A stretch of 64,000 nt of DNA from contig OX597817.1 of assembly GCA_951406725.2 (NCBI GenBank), positions 13,082,001 to 13,146,000 of the forward strand, read 5' to 3'. Shown piece by piece: positions 51,429 through 61,250 of this stretch. The stretch is from Octopus vulgaris (lineage: Eukaryota). The notes below the pieces were generated by a model. The model was not told the DNA's origin, did not search any database, and saw only the letters and a list, made by a program, of their open reading frames with translations. Every line of letters starts with the position of its first letter. The first letter of the stretch is position 1. A program made the position numbers and the translations under genes.

Positions 51429-54400
51429 GTTTAGCGTTCGCTTTCCATGCTGGCATGGGTTGGACGGTTCAACTGGGGTCTGGGAAGCCAGAAGGCTGCA
51501 TCAGGCCCAGTCTGATCTGGCAATGTTTCTACGGCTGGATGCCCTTCCTAATGCCAACCACTCTGAGAGTGTAGTGGGTGCTTTTTACGTGCCACCGGCA
51601 CAGGTGCCAGACGAGGCTGGCAAACGGCCACGATCGGATGCTGCTTTTTACGCGCCACTGGCACGGAAGCATTAAAATCTGTCAGTAGGTTTCAGTGTGG
51701 TGAAGGCTTTATAGTTTATAGCTTGCTTCCCAACTACATGGTTTCGGGTTCAGTCCCACAGCGTGGCACTTTGGGTAGGTGTCTTCCGCTATAGCCCCGA
51801 GTCGACCGAAGCTTTGTGATTGAATTCGGTAGGTGGAAGTTACTGCCGTGTGTGTATGTGTGCGTATAGCTGCTCAGTGCCTCTTCGAAAGAGAGAGAGA
51901 GAGAGAGAGAGGGAATACAGCATGTAATTTTATGTAGTATAATGAAATATATATTTTTTGAATATCAAAGTAAACATGTAAGAGTCCTTCATCAATAATT
52001 CAGCTGAGTACAAAATAAGTTTTTAAATTCTTTACAAGTTTAACATTAATTTTTCCAGTTTGATAAAAACAAAACTAAAAGATGTAGAGGCGCAATGGCC
52101 TAGTGGTTAGGGCAGCGGACTCGCGGTCGCAGGATCGCGGTTTCGATTCTCAGACCGGGCGTTGTGTGTGTTTATTGAGCGAAAACACCTAAAAGCTCTA
52201 CGAGGCTCCGGCAGGGTGTGGTGATCCCTGCTGTACTCTTTCACCACAATGGCGGTGCCCCAGCATGGCCACAGCTCAAGAGCTGAAACTGGAAAAAACA
52301 AAAACAAACAAAAACAAATATGCATATGATTTGTCAACATTGAGAGCAATCTTTTATAATAAAGAATGATATGTTAACTAACAAAAGAACATTATTTCAA
52401 TATTCACATGGTCTTCTTTTAACAGCAATTAACCTATATATAACTACACATGTACACACACACACACGTGTATACACATATATGTTTCTTCTCTATTGGA
52501 GAATTTTATCTTTCTTCTTATCACTTTCCCTCTTACACTTAGACTTTCTCTTCCTCTCATTTTGCTTTCTATCTCACCCTTTATTAGACTATCATTTTGT
52601 ATGGCAGCCTGCCTGTATCACAAACTGCTGACTTACATCCAGTCAATCTTCCACCTAGCTGAGATACCAGTGCCGGTGGCACGTAAGAGAACCATCCGAA
52701 CGTGGCCGTTGCCAGCGCCGCCCCAAATGGCCTCTGTGCCAGTGGCACGTAAAAAGCACCATCCGATCGTGGCCGTTTGTCAGCCTCGTCTGGCACCTGT
52801 ACAGGTGGCACATAAAAAGTACCCACTACACTCTCGGAGTGGTTGGCGTTAGGAAGGGCATCCAGCTGTAGAAACACTGCTAGATCAGACTGGGCCTGGT
52901 GCAGCCTTCTGGCTTCCCAGACCCCAGTTGAACCGTCCAACACATGCTAGCATGGAAAACGGACGTTAAACGATGATGATGATGATGAATCCATCACACT
53001 TTATAGCAGTTTCTTCCCCTGTTTTTCACTTTTCTCGGCACAGCTTCTGCTTTCTCCTTCCTTTCAGTGTGACAAAAAAAAAAAATCCACCATCAAAAAT
53101 ATTGACATGTAACTTGGATACTTCAAACCAAAAATTTATACGATAACTAAAACTAATAATTTTTTTTTTATGCGCCCTTTTCAATCCTAGCCAGACTCAT
53201 GGGCCCTGTTTCTCGGTTTCTGTGGCATATGTGTTCCCCCCAGCTGGACGGGACGCCAGTCCATTGCAGCGTTACCCAAGAAACAGGAAGAAAGCGTGAG
53301 AGAAAGTTGAGGCAAAAGAGTACAACAGGGGTCGCCACCCCACCCCCCTGCTGAAGCCTCCTGGAGCTTTTAGGTGTTTTCGCTCAATAAACACACACAA
53401 TGCCCGGTCCGGGAATCGAAACCGCGATCCTCCGACTGCGAGTCCGCTGCCCTAACCACTGGGCCATTGCGCCTCCATGAAACTAATAATACTACTTACT
53501 TTTGCATGAGGAGAACGAATATTTTCAATTGTATTAATGCTCTCGATGCAGTTATGTGCAACACCCTGACAAGCAACTCGGATGTAATCCCAAAATGGTC
53601 GTGTTCCTTCAGATCCATACCAGGTTTTGTGTGCTGAAATTAAGCAGATATTTATAATGTAATTTCAATTTTTTTTTTTTAAATAGGTAAAAACTGGTTA
53701 ATATTCTTCTTTTTTTAAAAAATTAAATCATGCAGAAGATCAGTAAATTAATAAGTTACCAAATTTTCAAGAAGAGCAATTATTTTTAAAATAGCAAAAA
53801 TAACTTCTTCCTTAGCAGCAGAGCAAAAAGAATCCAAGCAGATTTCAGTTAAAAAATGTTGATATTAAAACTTCATTCTTAATGGTAGAATTAGGTTTTA
53901 TTGATAGGCATTGATTTTATATCAATGAGAGAGGTGGGGTGTATGTGTGTGATAAGTAAAATGGTATATTGATGTTGGCCATTTAACAAACAGTCTTTTA
54001 AATTTAATGAGTTTTAAAAACTGTGTGGTATTAAAATGCAATTTAACAAAAGAATTTTTGTGAATGGATATGTTAACCATTCTATGTATTTCAGTATTTT
54101 ATATTTTTATAAGTTAAGTTTTTATATCCAACACAGCATGTAAAAAACACCAACCGATTGTGGCTGTCATCAGCTTCCCCTGGCACCTGTGCTGGTGGCA
54201 CGTAAAAAAAAGCCACTACACTCGCAGAGTGGTTGGCGTTAGGAAGGGCATCCAGCTGTAGAAACACTGCCAGATCAGACTGGAGCCTGGTGCAGCCTCC
54301 TGGCTTCCCAGACTCCAGTCAAACTGTCAAACCCATGCTAGCATGGAAAGCGGACGTTAAATGATGATGATGATGATGATAGTAATGCTTTTCTTGTAGC

Positions 54401-54862
54401 AAGGCTCTTCTGATAGAAGCATATATCACCAAAAGTTTACTGTACAAGGACCAGAGCCTATGTGTATTGAAACTGGGACTACACACCAGTCTTTATGACT
54501 TCCTGTTTTTGAAGTAAAGATGAATTGGTTTACTTATATGCATTATGTAAACAATATGAAATACCAAGTATACTAATAAGTCTACAGTTGGTATTTTGTC
54601 ATGGATAAAACAAGTGGAGAGAGAGAGAGAGATAGAAACAAAGACAGTCGGACAGAAACAAACATAGATTTAAAAAATCATTATTAATAAAATAGCAATT
54701 AATTTTTTTAAATGTATTAATTACTCAAAAATATTCAGATACTTACGCCGTAAACGGTGCATCAAAATTTGTTCAAGAATAGCCAATAAATTGATGAGTT
54801 CTTCACAATCATCATCAATGATATCCAATGCAGCCATATCTATCAGACTTTTCACTGCAAGT
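14418..54862 (-). CDS. RUNDC3: RUN domain-containing protein 3 (RPIP8/RUNDC3A/B-like), 5'-partial; join of 9 exons, 1729 nt, ~575 aa
   Basis: Manually spliced exons 54747-54862, 53500-53633, 46521-46606, 44206-44295, 40775-40855, 38797-38944, 37589-37746, 30319-30459, 14418-15192 all have GT-AG boundaries and compatible phases. The peptide carries RUNDC3 motifs recalled from the human protein (FWDYIR, G.AW.RV.LMEKR.SEY, AIDFSFCLKGE, DYTPYL, QKGY.EELVRLRE.QL, LE.VI.ELQ.QL). Confidence 0.92.
17124..17345. mobile_element. piggyBac-type MITE, family 1
   Basis: TTAA TSD, CCC/GGG termini. Confidence 0.82.
17490..17530 (+). ncRNA. Degenerate minimal hammerhead ribozyme motif (Penelope-like)
   Basis: cacca-TTGAAGA-gacc(caaaaa)ggtt-GAAA-tgca-TC-tggtg; the paralogous copy at 10110 has the canonical CTGAAGA. 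Confidence 0.55.
18562..18792. repeat. Fold-back inverted repeat (arms about 110 bp, 5-nt loop)
   Basis: tgttgcatttaggaatggtcat...aatcttattt cagcc aaataagatt...atgaccattcctaaatacaaca. Confidence 0.85.
19315..19619 (-). mobile_element. tRNA-derived SINE, family C (tail type 2)
   Basis: Head ggaggcacatggcctagtggttagagcagcagacttgtgg...ggttcgaatctc; TSD caaagcagac on both sides. Confidence 0.82.
24196..24597 (-). mobile_element. SINE family A
   Basis: Reverse-complement full-length copy. Confidence 0.85.
24880..25100 (+). mobile_element. CR1-type LINE 3' tail
   Basis: Ends agttgtggtgcacctgagcactgtatacaataatttc(att)n. Confidence 0.7.
27220..27755 (-). mobile_element. Family B retroposon, older copy with several diverged internal repeat units
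   Basis: Same tail; recurring ggtgc.ttttacgtgccac unit motif. Confidence 0.78.
28205..28677 (-). mobile_element. Family B retroposon with the longest 5' extension in the window
   Basis: Tail plus 2 repeat units plus upstream atcaaatggaaattgtagttgtgatacc segment, also seen in the 35990 and 63191 copies. Confidence 0.75.
29861..30082. mobile_element. piggyBac-type MITE, family 2
   Basis: TTAA|ccctttag...ctaaaggg|TTAA. Confidence 0.8.
30319..30459 (-). CDS. RUNDC3: RUNDC3 exon: SAMKDYSHSLQQELLFLMSRQQMMPLSSAMEPISTQKEHCSELDND(P)
   Basis: 141 nt; strong polypyrimidine acceptor tttcag, donor gtgag; phase 2/2 fits both neighbours; weak homology. Confidence 0.78.
30815..31225 (+). mobile_element. 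Family B retroposon (about 4 repeat units, one internally deleted)
   Basis: Repeat units followed by the conserved tail and (gat)n. Confidence 0.85.
32977..33360 (-). mobile_element. tRNA-derived SINE, family C (tail type 1), nested in hAT
   Basis: Head tggaggcgcaatggcccagtggttagggcagcggactcgcgg; near-identical to 48465-48850. Confidence 0.85.
33527..33785 (-). mobile_element. Family B retroposon nested in the hAT element
   Basis: Conserved tail plus one repeat unit. Confidence 0.8.
34107..34326. mobile_element. piggyBac-type MITE, family 1, nested in hAT
   Basis: TTAA TSD; same body. Confidence 0.8.
34350..36600 (+). pseudogene. hAT transposase pseudogene (ZBED5/FAM200/SCAND3-like)
   Basis: VCGE.MSN..M.PSKLKRH, FALQVD.STD, HCFLHRE.L, HT.VRWLS and C-terminal EEMRVCLS...QAHVS motifs; frameshifts, stops and a retroposon insertion. 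Confidence 0.88.
35990..36426 (+). mobile_element. Family B retroposon nested in the hAT transposase C-terminus
   Basis: 3 repeat units, conserved tail, (gat)n. Confidence 0.85.
37013..37357 (+). mobile_element. Family B retroposon
   Basis: Repeat units, conserved tail, (gat)n. Confidence 0.85.
37589..37746 (-). CDS. RUNDC3: RUNDC3 exon (coiled coil): GYFEELVRLREDQLHEIHKQYEKHVETLRSMESDGIRERCQLESVIIELQGQ(L)
   Basis: 158 nt; acceptor ttgcag, donor gtacgc; overlaps ORF 37561..37752. Confidence 0.92.
38797..38944 (-). CDS. RUNDC3: RUNDC3 exon: SESIEADLRDFTNSNSSSSLLNAENLNEDSWRMKYYKLEANYKIIHEQK
   Basis: 148 nt; acceptor tttgtag, donor gtaaat; EDSW..K...E...I...QK motif. Confidence 0.9.
39180..39410 (-). 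mobile_element. SINE family D, full length
   Basis: Head ggcgagctggcagaaacgttagcacgccgggcgaaa; same core and tail. Confidence 0.82.
40215..40420 (-). mobile_element. CR1-type LINE 3' tail
   Basis: Reverse complement of the 24880 copy. Confidence 0.7.
40775..40855 (-). CDS. RUNDC3: RUNDC3 exon: FCLKGENIELLGPIAVDYTPYLQYFS(S)
   Basis: 81 nt; acceptor tttcag, donor gtaaa; FCLKGE and DYTPYL motifs. Confidence 0.93.
41088..41475 (+). mobile_element. SINE family A
   Basis: Full-length copy. Confidence 0.88.
42118..42161 (-). ncRNA. Minimal type I hammerhead ribozyme motif, G3-C8 variant (mirror copy)
   Basis: Minus strand tttgtca-GTGAACA-g-gtcgc(ggatttta)gtgat-GAAA-atat-TT-tgacaaa; stem II kept by G.U pairs. 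Confidence 0.55.
42190..42233 (+). ncRNA. Minimal type I hammerhead ribozyme motif, G3-C8 variant
   Basis: gtca-GTGAGCA-g-gtcgc(ggatttta)gcgac-GAAA-atat-TT-tgac: stem I, core, stem II, palindromic stem III loop, UH site. Confidence 0.62.
42756..43166 (+). mobile_element. SINE family A
   Basis: Full-length copy. Confidence 0.88.
44206..44295 (-). CDS. RUNDC3: RUNDC3 exon: NFYQEGAVMLSDDAKMLCDTLLGMNAIDF(S)
   Basis: 90 nt; acceptor tttcag, donor gtttg; RUN-domain FY...A.ML...L.GL.AIDF motif. Confidence 0.93.
44395..44613. mobile_element. piggyBac-type MITE, family 2
   Basis: TTAA|ccctttagt...actaaaggg|TTAA; an interrupted reverse copy lies at about 47182-47555. Confidence 0.8.
45381..45705 (-). 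mobile_element. Family B retroposon with short 27-bp sub-repeats
   Basis: Conserved tail; gccacgatcggatggtgctttttacgt repeated. Confidence 0.85.
46047..46335 (-). mobile_element. SINE family C (tail type 3)
   Basis: Same head; 14-bp TSD gatatatagttatg. Confidence 0.85.
46521..46606 (-). CDS. RUNDC3: RUNDC3 exon: GQAWLRVVLMEKRLSEYLSEALKQTRIT(K)
   Basis: 86 nt; acceptor ttccaag, donor gtaagt; RUN-domain GRAWIR.ALMEK motif. Confidence 0.93.
46746..47129 (+). mobile_element. SINE family A (slightly 5'-clipped, diverged)
   Basis: Matches family A body and tail. Confidence 0.82.
48465..48850 (-). mobile_element. SINE family C (tail type 1)
   Basis: Same head; flanked by a 50-bp direct duplication. 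Confidence 0.87.
49619..50066 (-). mobile_element. Family B retroposon
   Basis: Conserved tail plus alternating repeat-unit variants. Confidence 0.85.
50345..50538 (+). mobile_element. Family B retroposon, 5'-truncated
   Basis: Conserved tail. Confidence 0.8.
51392..51670 (-). mobile_element. Family B retroposon
   Basis: (cat)n plus conserved tail plus one repeat unit. Confidence 0.85.
52086..52300 (+). mobile_element. SINE family C (tail type 4, resembling the family A tail)
   Basis: Same head, then ggcggtgccccagcatggccacagc...ctgaaac. Confidence 0.8.
52655..52988 (+). mobile_element. Family B retroposon
   Basis: 2 repeat units, conserved tail. Confidence 0.85.
53170..53478 (-). mobile_element. 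SINE family C (tail type 2), about 20 nt downstream of an exon donor
   Basis: Same head; TSD aaactaataat. Confidence 0.83.
53500..53633 (-). CDS. RUNDC3: RUNDC3 exon: PHKTWYGSEGTRPFWDYIRVACQGVAHNCIESINTIENIRSPHAK
   Basis: Acceptor atttcag, donor gtaagt; RUN-domain FWDYI motif; not in the ORF track. Confidence 0.93.
54137..54380 (+). mobile_element. Family B retroposon
   Basis: Conserved tail and (gat)n. Confidence 0.82.
54747..54862 (-). CDS. RUNDC3: RUNDC3 exon: (R)LAVKSLIDMAALDIIDDDCEELINLLAILEQILMHRLR
   Basis: Acceptor ttttcag, donor gtaagt; resembles vertebrate FSVKTL...[22 protein letters not shown]. Confidence 0.92.
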
Positions 54863-54993
54863 CTGAAAACAAAAGTCAACAGACAAAACTTAAGTAAAAG
54901 AAAAAGAAGAGATAGAGAAGTAAAAAACATTCACGATGGCAGCACACACTGTTAAATATAACAGTATTGGAGCTAGTAGCCATGACAGAGCAT

Positions 54994-55408
54994 ACTCTTT
55001 ACACTTTTACTCTTTTACTTGTTTCAGTCATTTGACTGTGGCCATGCTGGAGCAGCACCTTTAGTCGAGCAAATCAACCCCGGGACTTATTCTTTTGTAA
55101 GCCCAGTACTTATTCTATCGGCCTCTTTTGCCGAACCGCTAAGTGACGGGGACATAAACACACCAGCATCGGTTGTCAAGCAACGCTAGGGGGACAAACA
55201 CACACACACAAACACATACACACACATACATATATATACATATATACGACAGGCTTCTTTCAGTTTCCGTCTACCAAATCCACTCACAAGGCATTGGTTG
55301 GCCCGGGACTATAGCAGAAGACACTTGCCCAAGATGCCACACAGTGGGACTGAACCCGGAACTATGTGGTTGGTTAGCAAGCTACTTACCACACAGCCAC
55401 TCCTGCGC
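54994..55408 (-). mobile_element. SINE family A
   Basis: Reverse-complement full-length copy. Confidence 0.88.
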
Positions 55409-55774
55409 ATCAGATTAAATATTTTACACTATTTAATTTTTTGTGTTGAAATCTCATCAGATTTTCTTTTCAGGGATATAATGAAATTGGCTCAACTGTC
55501 TGTGTAACATTTTCCAAACTTTTAGTTTTTTCCTATTCTTATAGCATTAAATTAACAAATAATAGGTTTGTTAATTGGTTACATGGTGGTTTTAAATAGT
55601 ACCAAGCAATTACTTGGTTGAAAGAAGTATAAACACAAAAGGGATCATTAAATGATGTCTATTACAAATTGTTCATTCTCTATTTACATTGATTGTTGGA
55701 GAAAATATTTGGACAAATGGTATATGAGGCAGCTAATGTAGATCTACAGTGTAAATACATATTTATAACTTGAC

Positions 55775-55805
<31 letters not shown>

Positions 55806-55874
55806 CACGTGTGCATAACTGCATTTTCTGAATTTATGGTAATATATTATAATTTCATGAAGAAATAGAGAGTG

Positions 55875-56710
55875 CTAGCTGCAGGAGAAATACCTAGTCA
55901 AAGATAAACCTCTGTACTAGACCTTTGTTAACATGGAGAAAGCCTTTGACAGGGGCCCCCCCGATTTCTTATCTGGCAGTCAATGCAGAACCTAGAGATA
56001 GATGAGTGGTCACTGAGAGCTGTACAAGCCATGTACAGAGATGCTGTCAGTAAGGTGAGAGTTGGCAATGAGTATAGTGAAGAATTCCAAGTAGGGGTAA
56101 GGGTCCACAAAGGATCAGTCCTTAGCCACCTCTTATTCATCATAGTCCTCCAGGCAATTACAGAGGACAGGATCTCCTGGGAGCCTCTCTATGCTGATGA
56201 CCTTGCTCTAATAGCTGAGTCACAATCAGAACTAGAGGAGAAGGTTCAGGTGTGGAAGCAAGGTCTAGAATTGGAGGGCCTTAGAGTGAATCTAGCAAAA
56301 CCAAAGTAAGAAGGCAGACAAATCACAAATCCCTTCAGGTAGATGGCCCTGAATTTGGAGAAAGGCATAGGTAGAAACTCCATAAGATGTACCCAGAATA
56401 AGCTATGGACACATAAAAGGTGCAGCAATATCAAAGGAAGGCTAACTGGGAAGACAGTTTTTGTGTGTGGCAAATGCATAGGGGCAATAAACACTGAAAA
56501 TGTGCAGAAAACAGCTTCTGTCACATGCCAGGGGGAAAAACTAGAAGTAGTTGATAGCCTTCGTTACCTAGGTGACCAAGTCAGTAGTGGGTGTAGATGC
56601 TCTGAGAGCGTAACTGCTAGAATAAGAATATCCTGGCAAAGTTCAGAGAGCTCCTACCTCTGCTGGTAACAAAGGGTCTCTCGCTAAGAATGAAAGGTAG
56701 ACTATGTGAT
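55875..56710 (+). mobile_element. Decayed RTE-clade LINE reverse transcriptase fragment
   Basis: EKAFDR, VHKGSVLS.LLFIIVL and LYADDLAL motifs plus a Cys-rich insert (RCTQ..LWTHKRCS...FVCGKC); frameshifts and stops. Confidence 0.85.
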
Positions 56711-57447
56711 TTGGAACTGTCTCCTGTATGCATTAGTGTAAATATTACAATGCTAATTCTCATTAAAAAGATATATTTATTGACTAGCAAAATATTTTTC
56801 TAACACATCCCCACCATCTTTGTCTCTCTTTCTCTGTCTCTCCCTAGCTCTCCTGAAATTACTCCCACTCACCATCATATAAGGCAAGGTGGCTATGTAT
56901 CTCTTCTGCAGTATTCTTGTCCCTTCTTTCATATGTCAACCTTTCAATGCCTAGCATAAAGCTGCTGTTCTCTCTTTCTCTCAGCTATATTTCCACTCAG
57001 TTGAAAGGACTCTTTCATCTTTTGAGTTGCATGGTGACCTCCCTAAAACTGGAGCCATGACAAAAGCACCTGGGGTACTCTGTAAGGGTATCCAGCTGTG
57101 GAAGCCATGCAAAAGCAGAGTGTAGAGCATGATGCAGTTGTCCAACTCATCAGATCATCTTTAACCATTCACTCCATGTCAGCATGTAAGATGGACATTA
57201 AATGATGATGATGATGATGATGATGATGAATGTTACAATAAGCCTCTCTGTAGTTTAACATGCAGGAGTTCATAAGTACAAATTTGCTAGAACCTCAATT
57301 TTTATAGGTGCAAGCATGGCTGTAAGGTTAAGAAGCTCACTTCACAACCACAAGGTCTCAGGGTGAGTATCTTCTATTATAGCCCTAGGATGTGGCATGA
57401 TCAATGCCTTGTAAGTGAATTTGGTAGATGGAAACTAAGGTAAAGGC

Positions 57448-57494
<47 letters not shown>

Positions 57495-57497
<3 letters not shown>

Positions 57498-57642
57498 TCA
57501 TCATCGTTTAACGTCCGTTTTCCGCGCTAGCACGGGTTGGACAGTTCGACCGGAGTCTGGGAAGCCAGGGGCTGCACCAGGCTCCAGTCTGATCTGGCAG
57601 TGTTTCTACAGCTGGATGGCCTTCCTAACGCCAACCACTCCG
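57495..57642 (-). mobile_element. Family B retroposon, 5'-truncated
   Basis: Conserved tail only. Confidence 0.78.
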
Positions 57643-57650
57643 TATATATA

Positions 57651-58163
57651 CCGTAAATCCTCAAGTATAGTCTGCCCTTGAGTATAATACACAGGAGATT
57701 TTTAGGGGGCTGTACCTCTGAAAAACTTAAACCTTGTGTACAATACGTACCCCTTCTCTAACTTGAGTCAAGGAGGTCTATATAACGTCCTTGGTTTGTA
57801 AAAATGTATACGGTAACGTCCTTTATTATTATTGTATATATAACATAATGCAAACATGTAGCTTTTTTGTGCATTTTGTTTGCAGAAAATAAAGAAATGA
57901 CAGTAATAACATTTAATAAATGTTGCTTTCTGCATGTTATGGATGATTCTTTTATGACTTCATTGCTTTCAGGCTTAGCTTAAGGTATTTTCGCACCCGA
58001 CATCACAAAATGTGTCTGAGTAAACATTGCCTGGACAGCAAATTGAGACTCAGACATTGCTTAGAAAATATTTTTCATTTTTAACCTTGTATATAGTACG
58101 CACTAGAGATTTTGACCTTTAAATTTTGGGAAAAAAGTGCGGATTATACTCGAGGATTTACGG
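57651..58163. mobile_element. 513-bp Tc1/mariner (pogo/Tc2-like) non-autonomous element
   Basis: 25-bp TIRs ccgtaaatcctcaagtatagtctgc / gcggattatactcgaggatttacgg; TA TSD. Confidence 0.85.
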
Positions 58164-58486
58164 TATATATACCAGACTTACAAAAGATAAGCAGTGAGGT
58201 CAATTTGTTTGAGTAAACCATTCAGGGTGAAGCCCCAGCATGGCCACAGTCCAATGACTGAAACAAGTAAAAGATAAAGACTGATTCTCCTTCATTAATA
58301 TTCACAGTATCACATGCAGCAAACAAACAGTATAATACTTCTTCATAAACACTGCTCTCTATTTCCACAAAAGGTATGAAGAGAAAAAAAAAAGAAACTA
58401 CACAGATCTCATTGTATATTTACAGGAGTTAAAACATATTTACACCTCCGAACATTACCTGTAATAGGTCATTAGATATATATATT

Positions 58487-58898
58487 TATTTACTACCCAC
58501 AAGGGGCTAAACACAGAGGGGACAAACAAGGACAAACAAAGGGATTAAGTTGATTACATCGACCCCAGTGCGAAATTGGTACTTTATTTATCGACCCTGA
58601 AAGGATAAAAGGCAAAGTCGACCTCGGCGGAATTTGAACTCACAACGTAACGACAGGCGAAATACCTATTTCTTTATTACCCACAAGGGGCTAAACACAG
58701 AGGGGACAAACAAGGACAGACATAGGTATTAAGTCGATTACATCGACCCCAGTGCGTAACTGGTACTTAATTTATCAACCCCGAAAGGATGAAAGGCAAA
58801 GTCGACCTCGGCGGAATTTGAACTCACAACGTAACGAGAGGCGAAATACCACTAAGCATTTCGCCCGGTGCGCTAACGTTTCTGCCATCTCGCCGCCT
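58487..58898 (-). mobile_element. SINE family D, head-to-tail partial dimer
   Basis: Full copy at about 58665-58898 plus a second 3' portion at 58487-58664. Confidence 0.82.
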
Positions 58899-59433
58899 TT
58901 TGCGGATCGTGTCGTTCGCGAGAAGAGACTCAATAGATCGCAGTGTGGTAGCTGCTCTACTAAGCACGTCACTCCGAACAGCAAGTCGGGTCGTATGCAA
59001 GCAATCCAAATATATATCATTAGATATATATATATAACACTATCAAAATAATACTTATCTGATAGACTAAGAGGTACGTTATTGTATTTGCCAACAAAGT
59101 GTGAAAGAGTGCAAAATAATCAAATTTTTTGTACAATCAGTTTCAACTGTCAAGGTTCCAACATGAGTGTGTTGCATGTAATGGAAGTGCAACATGATGA
59201 ATTCAATGGAGGTATCAAGTATTTTCGTCTTTGTTTTTTTTTATTTTATTTTTATCCATCCAGAATACCACCATAGTTTTATTACAGAGCTCAAAGGTCT
59301 TAAATTAGTTAATCAGACTAAATGCAATGGCTAAGATTCTTTCACTGAATATACAGGCAGACAAACAACAAGAACATTTTTTTTATTTTTGTGGTAGATT
59401 TATCCTTCTTAATCAGATAATAGCAACATACAT

Positions 59434-59930
59434 AGGCGCAGGATTGGCTGTGTGGTAAGTAGCTTGCTTACCAACCACATGGTTCTGGGTTCAGTCCCAC
59501 TGCGTGGCACATTGGGCAAGTGTCTTCTACTATAGCCTCGGGCTAATCAAAGCCTTGTGAGCAGATTTGGTAGACAGAAACTGAAAGAAGCCCATCGTAT
59601 GTATCTGTGTGTGTTGATAGCCCAGTATTCAGGCTGAGTGCTTCTCTGGAAATACCCCCAGCTTCACACCCAACTGACATTAGCCATTTGCTCTATATGT
59701 GTGTGTGTGTGCATTTATGTCTGTGTTTATCCCCCCATCACTGCTTGACAACCAATGTTGGTGTGTTTATGTCCCAGTAGCTTAATGGTTTGGCAAAAGA
59801 TACTGATAGAATGAGTAGTAAGCTTAAGAAATAAGCCCTGGGGTCGATTTCTTTGGCTAAAACCCCTTCAAGGCAGTGCTCAGTATGGCCACAGTCAAAT
59901 GACCAAAAGAAGTAAAATAATAAAAGAATA
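59434..59930 (+). mobile_element. SINE family A, diverged, with ~70-bp insertion in the central microsatellite
   Basis: Head and tail match family A; extra sequence at about 59620-59690. Confidence 0.78.
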
Positions 59931-60299
59931 AACTAAACAAAAATCTTGTTCATATTAAAGACACTGGATTTATTCCATCTCAATCACAGATTTTTTAATT
60001 AATTCTTTTTAACTAAACAGTTTGAACTTTGAATACTGGTAGAATTTCTCAAGTAGAACATGGTTTACTCTGAACGTTTTTGAGAAAATTTCGTATTTTA
60101 GAAGTTATTTCATGTTAAAGTCGTCATTGGCATAACTGAAATAGTGAGAGTGTGTGTGACGCAATGGCACACACACACACGTAATGGACCATGGTGATAA
60201 GCTGAAGCCTTACTATGCTGATGTATGATGCCTATGCTCTCACCGCTCTATGTCACGCTGGTGAGACCCATATTGGAGTACGGGATTCAAGCCTCTTCT

Positions 60300-60680
60300 C
60301 CTTATCTCCTCAAAGACATACAGCATCTCGAAAGAGTCTCATTCTTGCTCACAACATTATAAGTGGAAAGTGTAACCTCTCGAAAGAGCTGTTCTTCACT
60401 CCTGCTCCAGAGCGTTGGCTGCGGGGTCATTCCAAAAAGCTCTATCTGCGATGATTTCATCTCAATCGAAGGAAAGGAGCTTTCTCCGTCCGGGCTGCAG
60501 ATCCGTGGAATAAGCTGCCGGACGAGATGGTGAAGATGCCGACGACCGCTCGGTTCAAAGTCTCCCTTGACCACAAGTGGCCTGAACTCTTTACATGAAA
60601 ACCACCCTGTACATAACTCCATGTCTCCCTACATGGCCTTGCTTTTTGCTTTTTGAACAAAAAAATTAACTAACTAACTA
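60300..60680 (+). mobile_element. CR1-type LINE 3' fragment with (TAAC)n tail
   Basis: LILAHNIISGK...LRGHSKKL...FSVRAADPWNKLP. Confidence 0.82.
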
Positions 60681-60840
60681 TCAGTAACAAGTGTAAAGAT
60701 GAGCAACAGCTTTCACATCTAACTCATCATCATCATCATCATCATCGTCGTTTAGCACAGATGTAGAAACCAATGTTCTAAAAAGTGTGCAAAAATTGCA
60801 AAATGTCTTAATGTTCAGTTGATAAGCTATATTTGTGTGT

Positions 60841-61250
60841 TAGTTAGTTAGTTAATTTTTTGGCTCAAAAAGCAAAAAGCCAGGCCATGTAGGGGGACAT
60901 GGAGTTATGTACAGGGTGGTGTTCATGTAAAGAGTTCAGGCTACTTGTGGTCAAGGGAGACTTTGAACCGAGCGGTCGTCGGCATCTTCACCATCTCGTC
61001 CGGCAGCTTATTCCACGGATCCGCAACCCGAACAGAGAAAGCCCCTCTCCTTCGATTGATGAAATCGTCGCAGATAGAGCTTTTCGGAGTGACCTCGCAG
61101 CCGACGCTCTGGAGCAGGAGTGAAGAACAGCTCTTTCGAGAGGTTACACTTTCCGCTTATGATGTTGTGAGCAAGAATGAGATCACCACGGTGGCGGCGT
61201 TTTTCTATAGAATAAAGGTCGAGCGTCTTCAGCCTTTCTTCATAAGACGT
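60841..61250 (-). mobile_element. CR1-type LINE 3' fragment, inverted relative to the 60300 copy
   Basis: YEERLKTLDLYSIEKRRHRGDLILAHNII...LRGHSEKL. Confidence 0.85.

Noticed and set aside
52086-52160. tRNA gene
   Set aside because: The tRNA-like head continues into a SINE body and recurs with TSDs; it is a SINE head
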